DNA of 64,000 nucleotides from the human T2T-CHM13v2.0 reference genome, Homo sapiens, in the NCBI RefSeq assembly GCF_009914755.1, contig NC_060928.1. One strand, written 5' to 3'. The notes below the pieces were generated by a model. The model had not been told where the DNA came from and made no database searches. It worked only from the letters and a program-made list of their open reading frames with translations. Each line of letters starts with the position of its first letter. Position 1 is the first letter of the stretch. Shown piece after piece: positions 40,540-57,339 of the stretch. The translations under genes were made by a program, and so were the position numbers.

Positions 40540-41400
40540 GTGTTGTAGTCTGTGACTTGTTTTGTTTCACAACTGTATATTATTTCATTGTGTGAATATG
40601 TCACAATTTATTCTATTGTCAATGAATTTTTTCAGTATTTTTTGTTGATACAAACAATGCTTCTAAGAACATTTTCATAGAAGTCTGCTGTTGCCTGTGT
40701 GCAAGAATTCCTGTGGAGAGTATACCTAGCATTGAAAATGCAAGGTTGTAGGAAATGTGAGACTTCACATTAAAATGATAATTCAAATTCGATGAGACTA
40801 TATCAATGTGCATTTTCACCGGGAAGATATAAGATTTTGCCTTGATGCACATTTTCTCCAATATTCACTATTTTACTGCTAATGTTTGCCAATCTACTGG
40901 GTATTTAATGTGTCCTTAATTTCCATTTGCTGCATTTCTAGCAAGATTTGGCATCTTTTTATGTTTATTCACTATTCATGTTTCTTCTCCTCTAAGGATT
41001 CTACTTTTCTCTGAAGTTTATTACTGCTCCCAACTTTATTTGTTGGATGAAAAGTCTTTCTCATTGGTTTGTGACATTTCCTTTATTATATAATATGCCC
41101 TTCTACATACTAGAATCTGTTTCAAAGTCATCAATTCTTTGCCAACATCATGTGATTTTAAGCATTCAAGTTCTATATTCCATTTTACTATAGGGTAGTG
41201 TGAGTCAGACTTTAATATTCCCTTTGTTCAGGATTTTGTACGCTATACTCATGTCTATTTTTATTCCCTAATTCAATGCTAGAATCATTTTTGTTAAGCT
41301 AAAAAATTGCTAAATTTTGCTTAGTAAACAAGTATTTTATTTTTCAGATTTAGTCTCATTCATAACCATGATGTGTCTTTCACTCATATCTTTTAAAATA
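40540..41400 (-). mobile_element. Ancient L1ME-like fragment
   Basis: tatttcattgtgtgaatatgtcacaatttatt...acaaacaatgct...gagtatacctagca...gcatctttttatgttta. Confidence 0.5.
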
Positions 41401-43024
41401 ATGTTTTAAAAAAATTCAAGGTATTTACAAAAGAAATTGTTTTTAAGTTATCTTTTCTTGCTAGTTCTCTATTCAAACAATTCATGGGGTTTGATAGATA
41501 AAGAACAATTTAACAACTGCACCAGAAACAATGTATTCAGGAAGCAGAAAATATGCACACTGAAATTATGTGAATACATGTGACATATTTTTCTATTGCT
41601 TTCTCTTTTTTATGTATTTAGTTGATTGTCTACATACAGACTTTTTTGAAATTTCTACCTTCTAAAATGTAGCCATAGTCTCAGTGTAATTTTCAATTCC
41701 ATGTAGAAAAAGGAGCTGCCAATAATAAAGACTGCAGACTAAATAGAGAAGAAATAAATCAATTTTAGCTTTATTTTCAAAACTAGCAGATACAACCTTC
41801 TATAAATTACTATGACCCAAGAAAGTAAACCATGTAATAAAGAAACAGCTAGCAATTTTTGTCAGGGAATATCTTTTAGAATATAAAGCTGTGTGAACTC
41901 ATTATTTTTATATAGTGGTTAATAAAAGTTCTATTTCTTCCACTTATGTGTTGTTTCTTCATTACTGTTTCAGAGGTTTTGCTAAAACTTGGCATATGTT
42001 GTGACAGACATGAGCCACTCATTTGAATGAACTTATGCTACTTTAAACTTTTGAAATCATATTAGTGAAAAAATATATTTGATATTATTTAATGATTTTA
42101 GATTATTATTAAAATGTTTTTCATAATTGATAAAATAGATATTCCTGACAGCTTTTAGAGAAATGTAGCTTTTTTTTTCTACTTAGTTGGAAATAAAGCT
42201 TAATCTTGGCTCAACAATGCTGCTATTAAAATGGAAATATGTCTTCATTTTCTCTGGTTTACTAACCTTATATATCAGGATACGCTATACTCTTATCATA
42301 AGAGAAAAATGTCAGATTTTTTTAACGACTAACTATGGCCATTTTACATAGCATAATAGTTTCTACACATATCCTCAGAGTATGATTCAATTCAGAATCT
42401 CATGTGGCCATTGTGGGGAAAAGCCAAATTAACCTTACTAGAAAAAGAATTTAAAAGTTTACTACATTCTATCAATTGAACTATTAGTATGGATGATGTT
42501 TCCTGATTCCTTTCAACATACCTGATTCATCGTCTCTTCCACTGAAGAAATAGGTATTTAGTTTAGAACTTTTCTTTATACGAATATCTCAAATACAAAA
42601 CAGATTAACTTGTGATCAGCCCTGACCATTTTGTTATATAATAATTTGAAATATCCATTTCTAACTTCCTCTGAATATCTAACTAGGAACAGAGTACTGA
42701 GAAATTAATAGTAATTACTCTTCAAATGTATGTAACACTTTACAGATTTCAAAGCACACTTTCAGAAATCTGTACCTTATTATATGAGTTAAACCCATAA
42801 CCCAGATAAGTTACAGTTGCTTAATAAAAAATATTATTAAGCAGAACCATGGCTGAAATGTTTCTCTCCCTGTTCCAAGATGGGTAATGTTTCTTAGATA
42901 CAGGAAACCTTCTAAAGATGCTGGGACAAAGGAAATAATAATTTTTCACAGAATCCACAGCTTCCAGAAAGCAACTATGCTTAAAAGCAATATTTGTAAT
43001 TTGGGTTAGTTAGTGATACAGTGG

Positions 43025-43482
43025 TGTAAGATACACACTTACTCGTCCAAACCCAAAGAATGGACTTAGAGGCATGGAGCACAGATAAAGTGAGACTTCT
43101 AATAACAGTCTTGCAAGATCGGTGTCTGGTAGGCAGGCCCATCCAGGGCAGTCAAAACAGATAATTTATCTCCTAGCATGCAACTCCCTCCCCCAGTTCC
43201 ACATTGGTCGAGTACTCTGGGGCTCCAATCTTCCCAGACATCGCCTAAGTTTCATTATCTCCCTTATAAGGTTACACCCTGGCCCCATTCCTTGCTTAAC
43301 TTTCGATTTCCCAAAAACAGAACTTTCTTCTCTTTTATGGGCTGATCCCTCCTCTACATTCTGTTTGCTTATCATGAATTTGTAAGAGCATGAGCTGTCA
43401 GCTTGTTACATCCACAGGCTGGCTGCCAGTGCTTAGATTTATCATGCCTTGAAAATTGACCATTTAAAATGTTTTCTTACCA
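43025..43482 (-). mobile_element. ERVL solo LTR (LTR32-like)
   Basis: actcgtccaaacccaaagaatggact...cttagatttatcatgccttgaaaattgaccatttaaaatgttttcttac; ~460 bp. Family name from memory. Confidence 0.7.
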
Positions 43483-44258
43483 GAAGCCTGGGGTTAAGTA
43501 AAATAAGTGCTTTCTGGGAGAAATTTTGTTGTTTACCCTTAAGCCCAAGTTCAAAAATACACAAAGTCTTCCCTTATTCACTCTCATAACTCCCTATGTT
43601 TGTCTTCCTTGCAATTTGTTTTTCTTGCAATTTTATCTTTGTATAGGTATTTGATTAAAGTTTTTTTAACCAAACAGGTTTCTAACATACTGGTAAAGAT
43701 AGTGAATGTTTCATTTACTATTTTATTCCTAGATTCCTAGGGTATAACATATTTTATGCATGATAGGTACACGTTAAAACATATTTTGAATGAATGATTC
43801 AACAGGCAATAAATAAAAGTTGTGAGAGAGCTTTTGTGTTTATTTTATATTTAATTTCTACCAGTAACAATATACTCTAATTTGTGAGAAAAATAACCAA
43901 AGAACATGAAGTTTTCTTAGCATACACAGTGTTATGCCAACGGCAGAGATGAATGGAGCAATAATATTACCTAATGACTCTATAAATTCTAGAGTTAACA
44001 ATATATCTGACTTTGGGCTCAAATTCTATTGCAAATTTTAAGATAATTTAACTGAAAGATTTTGCCCATGTTCACTTATATCTATTTTTATAATCTTATC
44101 TTCTCCATTGTCTCCTCCCAAAGATTCTATGTACTTTCAACTTAATTATTGACTTAAAAGATTAATACTAAGTACCCAGTATAATGTTCCAGTTACTCTG
44201 CTAAAAATCGGATACACAACTGACTCATTATCTCCAAGATAACTCTTATTTACCAATC

Positions 44259-44757
44259 TGTATTATCTTTTTTGCTGTTGTAACAAATTACTACAAATTT
44301 AGTGGCTTAAAAACAACAGAAATTTATTATTTTAAGTTTTCTAGATCAAAATTTGTACACGAGTGTCATTGGGCTGCATTAAAGATTTCCTTACGGCTTA
44401 ATTTTTTTCTAGAAGCTCCAGGAGATAATTCATGTTCTTACATTTTTCAGCTTCTAGAGGCCATCATCATTCCTTGATTCTTTGTTTCTTTCCTGTAGCT
44501 TTTAAAGCTAGCAAAAGAAGTTCAAATTCTTCTTATGTCAAATCTCTCTGACGTATACTTCTGTCATTTTTTCCTCTCCTAAGGACTCATGTGATCAGAT
44601 TGGCCCCATTCTGATGATAATCTAAAATAATCTACTCATCTCAATGTCCTTAATTTTAATCACATCGGTGAAGTTGCTTTTTCCATGTAAGGTAACATGA
44701 ACTATTCCAGGAATATGGAAGTGCACATATTTTGGGGACACTATTTTGCCCACTGCA
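44259..44757 (-). mobile_element. MLT1D-like MaLR solo LTR
   Basis: gctgttgtaacaaattactacaaatttagtggcttaaa...cagcttctagaggcc...ttccatgtaaggtaacat. Confidence 0.78.
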
Positions 44758-45269
44758 CACCATGACACATTACAATAAAACTGTCAGAACTATTCTGCCA
44801 GTCATTAGATGCCTGAGTAATTTTTTCCTTGCAAAGGAAAACATCTGGGCCACATATCTTGACATTATTAGAATTAGCTAAGTGTTCATTGAAATATCAG
44901 CTATCTGGACCTTTATTCTGGAGTATTGAAACACATTCTGATAATTATGTTTCCAATGCAAAGGTTAGAAAATGTATCAGATTTGCTAGGTCTAATAACT
45001 AAGAGTTGTTGAAACCTGCACTCTGAGATTTAAATCTATTATTTCCCATGTGTTCTCTGGCACCATCATTTAACTCCTGCTCACATGTAACCTCACTCAT
45101 TCCTCAGGCTATCACCATAAGTCTTTCTCTTGACCTTTGTTCATCTCTCTGTTTATATCCTAAAGTTTTTGTTGATGATTTTATCCCATTATTTTTAATA
45201 ACTTACTTTCTATTGCAGATTCTTGGCTTTACCTCCAGTATGTTCTTTAATAGAAATCAGACAGAAGTT

Positions 45270-45485
45270 AACAGTATGAATTCTAAAGTAGAATATTTGA
45301 GTTTGATTCAAGGCTGACCTACTTGTAATGTGATCTTAGACTATCTGCCTAAATGTATTCTATAAAAGTGGTGATTTAGTAATAGTTACTGCTTGATACA
45401 TTTCTTGAAGATTAAAATAAATGATACCAATAAGAAAGTACTAAGAAGATGGCATGGAACATAGTAGGCATTAAATAGTTGTTAA
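45270..45485 (+). mobile_element. MIR
   Basis: tttgagtttgattcaaggct...gaagattaaaataaatgata...catggaacatagtaggcattaaata. Confidence 0.6.
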
Positions 45486-45624
45486 ATAAAAGTTACACAT
45501 TTTCTGATAACTTGGAATTGTATAATAGCCAGATGATTACTTGACAAATGTGATCAAACTACACATAAAGTCTAAAGGCTATTTTAAAGTTTATTATAAA
45601 CATGTTCATACATTTGCACCTATA

Positions 45625-46059
45625 AACCTGCATGTCACCGAAATCCTCCAGCTTACTGAGTAGTAAAACAGTATATAAGAAAACAGTACCGGATTCCTGG
45701 ACCTGAGGTTTCCACCATTCTGAGAAATGACATCACATATGGTATGCTAATTTAGAACCTTCTGGAGAATCTTGTTCCAGTCCTATAATGCATTGCCACC
45801 CAACTGGAACTGCAACTGAGTCCTCAAAGGCCATTTCACTGTTCTATCAAGCCAGCTGCTTCAGGAGGCTGGGGAGCATGATAAGACCTATACATTCTAT
45901 GGGTTTGCATCCGTTGCCAAACTTATTTTGTTGTGAAATGAGTACTTTGATCAGAAGCAATGCTCTGTGGAGTACTATAATGGTATATAAGACATTCCGT
46001 AATCTCATGGATGGTAGTTTTGGCAGAAGCATTGCATGCAGGGAAGGAAAATGCATATC
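45625..46059 (-). pseudogene. Isolated ERVL-class integrase core fragment (disrupted)
   Basis: Manual minus-strand translation: YAFSFPACNASAKTTIHEITECLIYHYSTPQSIASDQSTHFTTK*VWQRMQTHRMYRSYHAPQPPEAAGLIE, matching the ERVL integrase SDQGTHF and EAAGLIE motifs. Confidence 0.8.
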
Positions 46060-46931
46060 ACTTACTCTGCATATGACATTTATTATATTATTTTGTCAAT
46101 GTTACTGAAATTATCACTTACAATAAAACTTTAAAGCTTATGAAAGTGTTCATATACTTATACCTATTAACTTGAATGTTGCTCAAATTCTACAATTTTC
46201 TGAGATCAATGATATATGTTTAGAAAAATTTGGATTAAATTATAATTTTAAATATGTTTATGTGGGTTAGGAGTTGAAACTGGGTTGAACTCAGAGGTCA
46301 ATTCTAGATTTGATTTGCTGTTAATACTAAATTCAACCATCTATTTTGTGTTTTATTTAATTACATTACCTATTTTTATACCACATTAGCCTTACATAAA
46401 GCTCCTATATTATCCCTCCATTTCACTTATGTATATTTTTTAATTGAAAATGTTTACTCGACAAATACAGCATTATTTGATTCTAATTAAGTGTAATATA
46501 ACTTATCACAATTTCCCTTTTCTGATATATCTATCTCAAAATTTCACTCTGCATAATGAAACACTATATATTTTGAAAGTACACATTTCCTATATACCCA
46601 TTCCACTGCCATTCAGCCTTGTCTAAACTATTGTTGATTCTATTAAATTATTTTTAAAAGATTGTATCAATAAAATGCTGCCCACTATATGGTGTATAAA
46701 TAATGATACCAAAGAAAGTAACTTTTAACTTTATTCTCTTACAACCTAAAAATGTGGAAGTTAATTATATTGCCTTTTGTAATAATTTTAAAACTTTAGA
46801 ATGACATGAGAAGTCCAGAAAAAAAAAAACAAAACAGATGGCGCTTTCCTTTTCTTTGTTGTTTTTAAACAGTTATCTTAGCCAGGATGATCATACATCA
46901 ACCATGCACAAATGTCACTATTTGAAAAAAA

Positions 46932-47045
46932 GATATAGCTATATATATATATATATATAATATATGTGTGTGTATATATACACACACATACATACACACA
47001 TACATGTATATATGCATATACATGATATATATGTATTTATATATA
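46932..47045. repeat. Compound (TA)n/(CA)n microsatellite
   Basis: Read directly. Confidence 0.85.
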
Positions 47046-47197
47046 AAGTAAAGCAAAACATAAGGGACACTGCATTACTGTATTACTTTTATTTGTACAT
47101 TTTTTACAATTTCAATTACATATGGACAGAACTTATTGGTGTTAATAATGTGATATTTTCCCTGCTTGTTAAAATGAAATGAAAATTATTTTATTTC

Positions 47198-48566
47198 TGT
47201 GTCCGGAATTGGTGGGTTACTGGTCTCACTGACTTCAAAAATGAAGCCGCGGACCCTCGCAGTGAGTGTTACAGTTCTCAAAAGCGGCGTGTCCGGAGTT
47301 TGTTCCTACTGATGATGTTCAGATATGTTCGGAGTTTTTTCCTTCTGGTGGGTTCGTGGTCTTGCTGGCTCAGGAGTGAAGCTGCAGACCTTAGCGGTGG
47401 GTGTTGTTCCTTCCTGGCTTCAGGAGTGATGCTGCAGACCTTCGCGGTGAGTGTTACAGATCATAAAGGCAGTGTGTACCCAAAGAGTGAGCAGTAGCAA
47501 GATTTATTGCAAAAAGCGAACAAACCTTCCACATTGTGGAAGGGAACCCCAGTGGGTTGCCACTGCTGGCTCCCGCAGCCTGCTTTTATTCTCTTATCTG
47601 ACCCCACCCACATCCTGCTGATTGGTAGAGCCCAGGGGTCTGTTTTGACAGGGCACTGATTGGTGCCTTTACAATTCCTGAGCTAGACACAAAGGTTCTC
47701 CACGTCCCCACAAGATTAGGTAGATACAGTGTCCACACAAAGGTTCTCCAATTTCCCACCAGAGTAGCTAGATACAGAGTGTCAATTGGTGAATTCACAA
47801 ACCCTGAGCTAGACATAGGGTGCTGATTGGTGTACTTACAAACCTTGAGCTAGATACAGAGTGCCGATTGGTGTATTTACAATCCCTGAGCTAGACATAA
47901 AGGTTCTCCACCTCCCCGCCAGATTCAGGAGCCCAGCTGGCTTCACCCAGTGGATCCCGCACCTGGGCTGCAGATGGAGCTGTGTGCCAGTCCCGTGTGG
48001 TGCTCCGGAACTCCTCAGCCCTTGGGTGGTTGATGGGACTGGGGGCCGGGGAGCAGGGGCCGGGGCTCGCTGGGGAGGCTCGGGCCGCACAGGAGCCCGT
48101 GGAGGGGGTGGGAGGCTCAGGCATGGCGGGCTGGAGGTCCCGAGCACTGCCCTGCGGGAAGGCAGCTAAGGCCCGGCGAGAAATCGAGCGCAGCGCCGGT
48201 GGGGCTGAGGGACCCGGTACACCCTCCACAGCCACTGGCCCGGGTGCTAAGCCCCTCATTGCCCGGGGTCGGCAGGGCCGGCTGGCTGCTCCGAGTGCGA
48301 CGCCCGTCAAGCCCACGCCCACCCAGAACTCCAGCTGGCCCGCAAGCGCCGCGCGCAGCCCGGGTTCCCGCTGGCGCCTCTCCCTCCACACCTCCCTGCA
48401 AGCTGAGGGAGCCGGCTCCGGCCTTGGCCAGCCCAGAAAGGGGCCTCCCACAATGCAGTGGTGGGCTGAAGGGCTCCTCATGTGCCGCCAAAGTGGGAGC
48501 CCAGGCAGAGGAGGCGCCGAAAGCGAGCGAGGGCTGTGAGGACTGCCAGCACGCTGTCACCTCTCA
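47198..48566 (-). mobile_element. LTR12C-type (ERV9) solo LTR
   Basis: Termini tgtgtccggaattggtggg ... cagcacgctgtcacctctca. Perfect 4-bp TSD tttc (47194-47197, 48567-48570). CpG-rich. Confidence 0.95.
47585..47915 (-). promoter_or_regulatory. LTR12 U3 enhancer/promoter repeats (CCAAT/NF-Y and GATA-like motifs)
   Basis: Repeated ctgattggt/cgattggt (CCAAT on minus strand) and gctagatac units next to the ttttattctcttatc element. Function inferred from the known ERV9 LTR architecture. Confidence 0.65.
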
Positions 48567-49668
48567 TTTCTTTACCAAGAGGAAACTAGGTACTTATTTT
48601 AAGCATTTCACTTTTAGAACCTATAATTCATGTTGTAATTAAGATAAAATTAGTATTAGACTCTTATTTTTCAGTAATGAAAATCATCTTTAGAAAATGC
48701 AATGTTTTATGATATAAAACTAAAGAAGTTTTATGAAGCATGACTTACATTTCAGTGTCTTTATGGCTTTTTGTTGACAATCTCAAGCACCTAATAGCCC
48801 CAACTGTAATAGTCACTAAACAATATGACAATCTCCATGGAAAAATACAGCAAAATATGGCTGTAGTAGCATAGGTTAATGTATTAGCGTATTTTAATAA
48901 TGTAGAATCTCCTCAGTGAAACAAAGAATTGCTTCTTAAAGCTGTGTAATATTTAAAGCTATGTAATATTTAAATGGGAAAGTAGGAAAAACAAGTTTAA
49001 ATTCTTTAATAGGCTTAAAGTTTAAATTCTTACGTAGGATCAATTATTGTCAATTCTAAAACCTTTCATCCAATCATTATTTGGAGTACTTGTTGCCTAC
49101 AAAATGAAGTTCATGATGGAGAACAAGGGTACATAGTTACACCTACAATCTCTGTAAAAAAAAAAAAAAGTTAAGAATTAGAGAGCAACAAAAAGGAATT
49201 ATAATGCAAATAAAAAAGTGTCAATAGTGCTAATGCTGAGGATGGTAATGGCAATGACATACTATGTACCAAGAAATTCACGTTAAAATTTTTTATGCTA
49301 AAAAATGTGTGCTCTACTAGACAAATATAAACATATGCATATATATCACTTACGAACAAATTAAGCTAATGAGAAGTTGAATTTATATTAAAAAAGTGAA
49401 GAAACTGGAAGATTGGACTCCTAAGTATTTCACTATCTTTAAAGTCTCATTTATAGTAATTAAATAAATTAGAAAAAGAGGTGGAGTGATGCAGCAGATA
49501 CAATTAGTGAATATTTACTATCATGTATTTAATGTATGAGTGATCAAGTGTTAATTTCATTTTGTGCATCAATATGGAAAAAAGTTTGATACTTATTGAA
49601 AACCAGACCAGGATTTAGTCAAGCAAGGAAGACTTGCTATCTGAAGTCCAACTACACTGAGAAAACGC

Positions 49669-52600
49669 TTTTTTTTCCCTTAACTTCTTTTGTTTCAGGA
49701 GTACGTGTAGGATGGTTCTATAGAAAAATTGAGTATCATGGAAGTTTGGTATACATTTTATTTCATTACCCAAGTAGTAAGCATAGGACCCAATAGGTGG
49801 TTTAATGATTCTCACCCTCCTCCCACTCCCTACTCTCAAGTAGGTCCCAGTGTCTGTTTTCCCCTTCTTCGTGTTCATGTATACTCAGTGTTTAGGTACC
49901 ACTTATAAGTGAGAACCTGCAGTATATGTTTTTCTGTTTCTGTGTAAAGATAATGGCCTCCAGCTCCACCCATGTTGCTGTAAAGGACATTATCTCAGTC
50001 TTTTTATGGCTGTGTAGTATTCTATGACGTATACATACCACTTTTTTTTTTTTTTTTTACCCAGTCTACCATTCATGGGCATTTATGTACATTTCATGTA
50101 TTTGCTTTTGAGAATACCACTGCAGTGAGCTCACATGTGCATGCATCCTTATGGTAAAATGACTTATATTTCTTTGGATATAGACCCAATAATGGGTTTT
50201 TGGGGTTAAATGGTAGTTCTACTTTACGTTATTTGAGAAATTGCCAAACTGCCTTCAACAGTGGCTGAACTAATTTACATTCTCACCAACAGTGTATAAG
50301 CATTACTTTCTCTCTGCAGCCTCACCAGCAGCTATTGTTTTTTAACTTTTTAGTAATAGCCATTCTGACTAGTGTGAGATAGTATCTCATTACTGTTTTG
50401 GTTTACATTTCTCTGAATATTAGTGATGTTGAGTATTTTTTCATGTTTTTTGGCCCATATATATCTTCTTTTGAAAAGTGTGGGCTCTTGTCCTTTGCCC
50501 ACTTTTTAATGAGGTTGTTTTTGCTTGTTAATTTGTTGAAGTTCCTTATAGATTCTGGAAATTAGACCTTTGTCAGTTGCATAGTTTGTAAATATTTTCT
50601 CCCATTCTGTGGACTGTCTATTTACCCTGTTGAGTAATTTAATTTTCTGTGCAGAAACTGTTTAGTTTAATCAAATCTTATTTGTCATTTTTTGTTTTTG
50701 TTGCAGTTAATTTTGTTAATTTTTAAATAAAATCTTTCTCAGGGCCTATGTCTAAAAATAGTTCTAGGTTTAGTTCATGGGGTTTTACAGTAATTAGGTT
50801 TTACATGTAAATCTGTAACCCAAATTGAGTTGATTTTTGTATATGATGTAAGGAAGAGGTCCAGTGTCAATCTTTTGTATATGGCTTGCCAGTTATCTCT
50901 GCACCATTAGTTGAATAGGGAGTCATTTCCCTGTTGCTTGTTTTTGTTGGCTTTGTCAAAAATCAGATGGTTGTACGTGTGTGGCTTTCTTTCCAGGTTC
51001 TCTATTCTGTTCCACTGTTCTATGTGTCTATTTTTGTACCAGTACCATGCTATAATATTTTGGTGACTAAAGCCTTTCAGTATAGTTTGAAGTTGTGTAT
51101 TATGATATCTCCACCTCTGCTCTTTCTGCTTTGAATTGCTTAGGCTCTTTGGGCTCTTTTGTGGTTTTACATGAATTTTATAATAGTTTTTTTTTTCTAA
51201 TTCTGTAAATAATGCCATTGGTGGTTTCAAAGGAATAGCATTAAATTTGAAAATTTCTTTGGACAGTATGGCCTTTTAAACAATAGTGATTTTTTTCTAT
51301 CCATGAGCATAAAACGTTTTTTTCATTTGTTTGTGTCATCTCTGATTTCTTTCAGCAATGTTTTTTAGTTTTTACTGTAGAGATCTTTCACTTCCCTGGT
51401 CACCTGTTTTCCTATATATTTGATATTTTATTTTTTGTTATTGCTGCTATTGTGAATGGGATTGTATTCTTGATTTCACACTAGGCTTGAGTGCTATTGG
51501 TGTATATAAATGGTACTGATTTTTCTGATTTTGTATCTAGAAGCTTTGCTGAAATTGCTTATCAAACACAGGAGCTTTTGGGCAAAGACTATGGGCTTTT
51601 CTAGGTATAAAATCATGTTGCACAAACAGAGATAGCTTGACTTCTTGACTTACTATTCGGGTGCCTTTTATTTCTTTCTCTTGCCTGACTGCTTGGCTAG
51701 GACTTCCAGCACTATGTTTAATTGGAGTGTTGAAAATGTCATCCTTGTCTTGTTCTGTTTCTCAACGGGAATGCATCTAGCTTTTGTTCATTCAGTAGGT
51801 TGTTGGCTATGAGTTTGTCTTAGATGGCTCTTATTATTTTGACATATATTCCTTCAATGCCTAGCTTGCTGAGGGTTTTTAACAAGAAGAGATGCTGAAT
51901 TTTGTAGAAAGCTTTTCTGCATCTATTGAGATGACCATGTGGTTTTTGTTTTTAGCTCTGTTTATGTGATGAATCACATTCATTGATTTGTGTATGTTAG
52001 ACCAAGCTAACATCTCAGAGAAAAAGCCTACTTAATCATGGTGGATTCACTTTTTGAAGGGCTGCTCAATTCAGTTTGTTGATAATTTGTTGAGGATTTT
52101 TGCATCAAGGTTCATCAAGGATATTGACCTGAAATTTTATCTTTTTATTGTGCCTTTGCCAGGTTTTGATACCAGAATGATGCTGGCCTCATGGCATGAG
52201 TTAGAAAAGAATCCCTGCTCCTCAATTTTTTGAAGTAGTTTCAGTAGAAATGGTGGTACCAGCTCTTATTTATATGTCTGACAAAACTCAGCTGTGAATC
52301 CATCTAGTCTTGAGATTTTTCTTGTTGGTAGCCTTTTTATTACTTATTCAATTTCAGAACTCATTTTTGGTGTGTTCAGGGATTTAATTTATTTCTGGTT
52401 CAGTCATTGGAAGTTGTATGTTCCCAATAATTTGTACATTTCTTCTGGGTTTTCTAGTATATGCATGGAAGTGTTTGTAATAGTCTCTCATGTTTTTTTT
52501 TTTCTTTTGTATTCCCATGAGGTCAGCAATACTGTCCTCTTTGTCATTTCAGATTGTGTTTATCTGGCTTTCTTTTTTTTCTTCATTAGTCAGTGGTCTA

Positions 52601-53142
52601 TCTATTTTATTTTATTTTTTCAAAGAACAAACTTTTGGTGTTGTTGATTTTTTGTATGTTTTTGGGCATGTCAGTTTTGTTCAGTTCAGTTTATCTCTGT
52701 GGTTATTTCTTGTCTTCTGCTAGCTTTGTGGTTGGTTTGCTCTTGTTTTTCTAGTTCCTCAAGGTGTGATGTTATGTTAGATTAAATCATTCTTTTTCAT
52801 GTGGGCATTTAGCACTATAAACTTTCCTCTCAAGCTGTGTCCCAGAGTTTCTGGATGTTGCATTTTTTTTTCATTAGTTTCAAATAATTATTTTTTTCTG
52901 CCTTAATTTCATTTTTTTGCCCGGAAGTCATTAAAAAGCAGTTTGTTTAATTATATCGTAATTGTTTGGTTTTGAGCAATATTCTTGATATTGGCTTATA
53001 CTTTTAATATTCTGTGGTCCAAGAGTGTAGTTGGTATGATTTTTTTTTTAAATTTGCTGAGAATTGTTTTATGTCTGATTGTGGGGTTTATGTTAGACTA
53101 TGTGACATGTGTAGATGAAAAGAAGGATGTATATTGCATTGC
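49669..53142 (-). mobile_element. L1PA15/16-like element (3'UTR plus ~3 kb of ORF2), cut off at the younger L1
   Basis: 3'UTR caccctcctcccac...ctcaagtaggtcccagtgtctgtt; degenerate ORF2 (50907-51230 AWYWYKNRHIEQWNRIE). Confidence 0.9.
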
Positions 53143-53417
53143 TTTTTTTTTGGTATGCATTCATTCATTTATTCAGCATTTATTTATTTGTTTATTTATG
53201 TATTTTATTATTATTATACTTTAAGTTTTAGGGTACATGTGCACAATGTGCAGGTTTCTTACATGTGTATACATGTGCTATGTTGGTGTGGTGCACCCAT
53301 TAACTCATCATTCAGCATTAGGTATATCTCCTAATGCTATCCCTCCCCACTCCCCCCACCCCACAACAGACCCCAGAGTGTGATGTTCCCCTTCCAGTGT
53401 CCATGTGTTCTCACTGC

Positions 53418-57246
<3,829 letters not shown>

Positions 57247-57339
57247 TATGATGTTAGCTGGTTATTTTGCTCATTAGTTGATGCAGTTTCTTCCTAGCCT
57301 TGATGGTCTTTACAATTTGGCATGATTTTGCAGTGGCTG

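Noticed and set aside
47836-48642. Overlapping 100-196 aa ORFs on both strands
   Set aside because: All lie in the GC-rich LTR12C, where stops are rare; they are low-complexity with no recognisable domain.
48937-48974. 17-bp tandem duplication (also a 15-bp repeat at 11074-11111)
   Set aside because: Ordinary short slippage duplications with no further structure.
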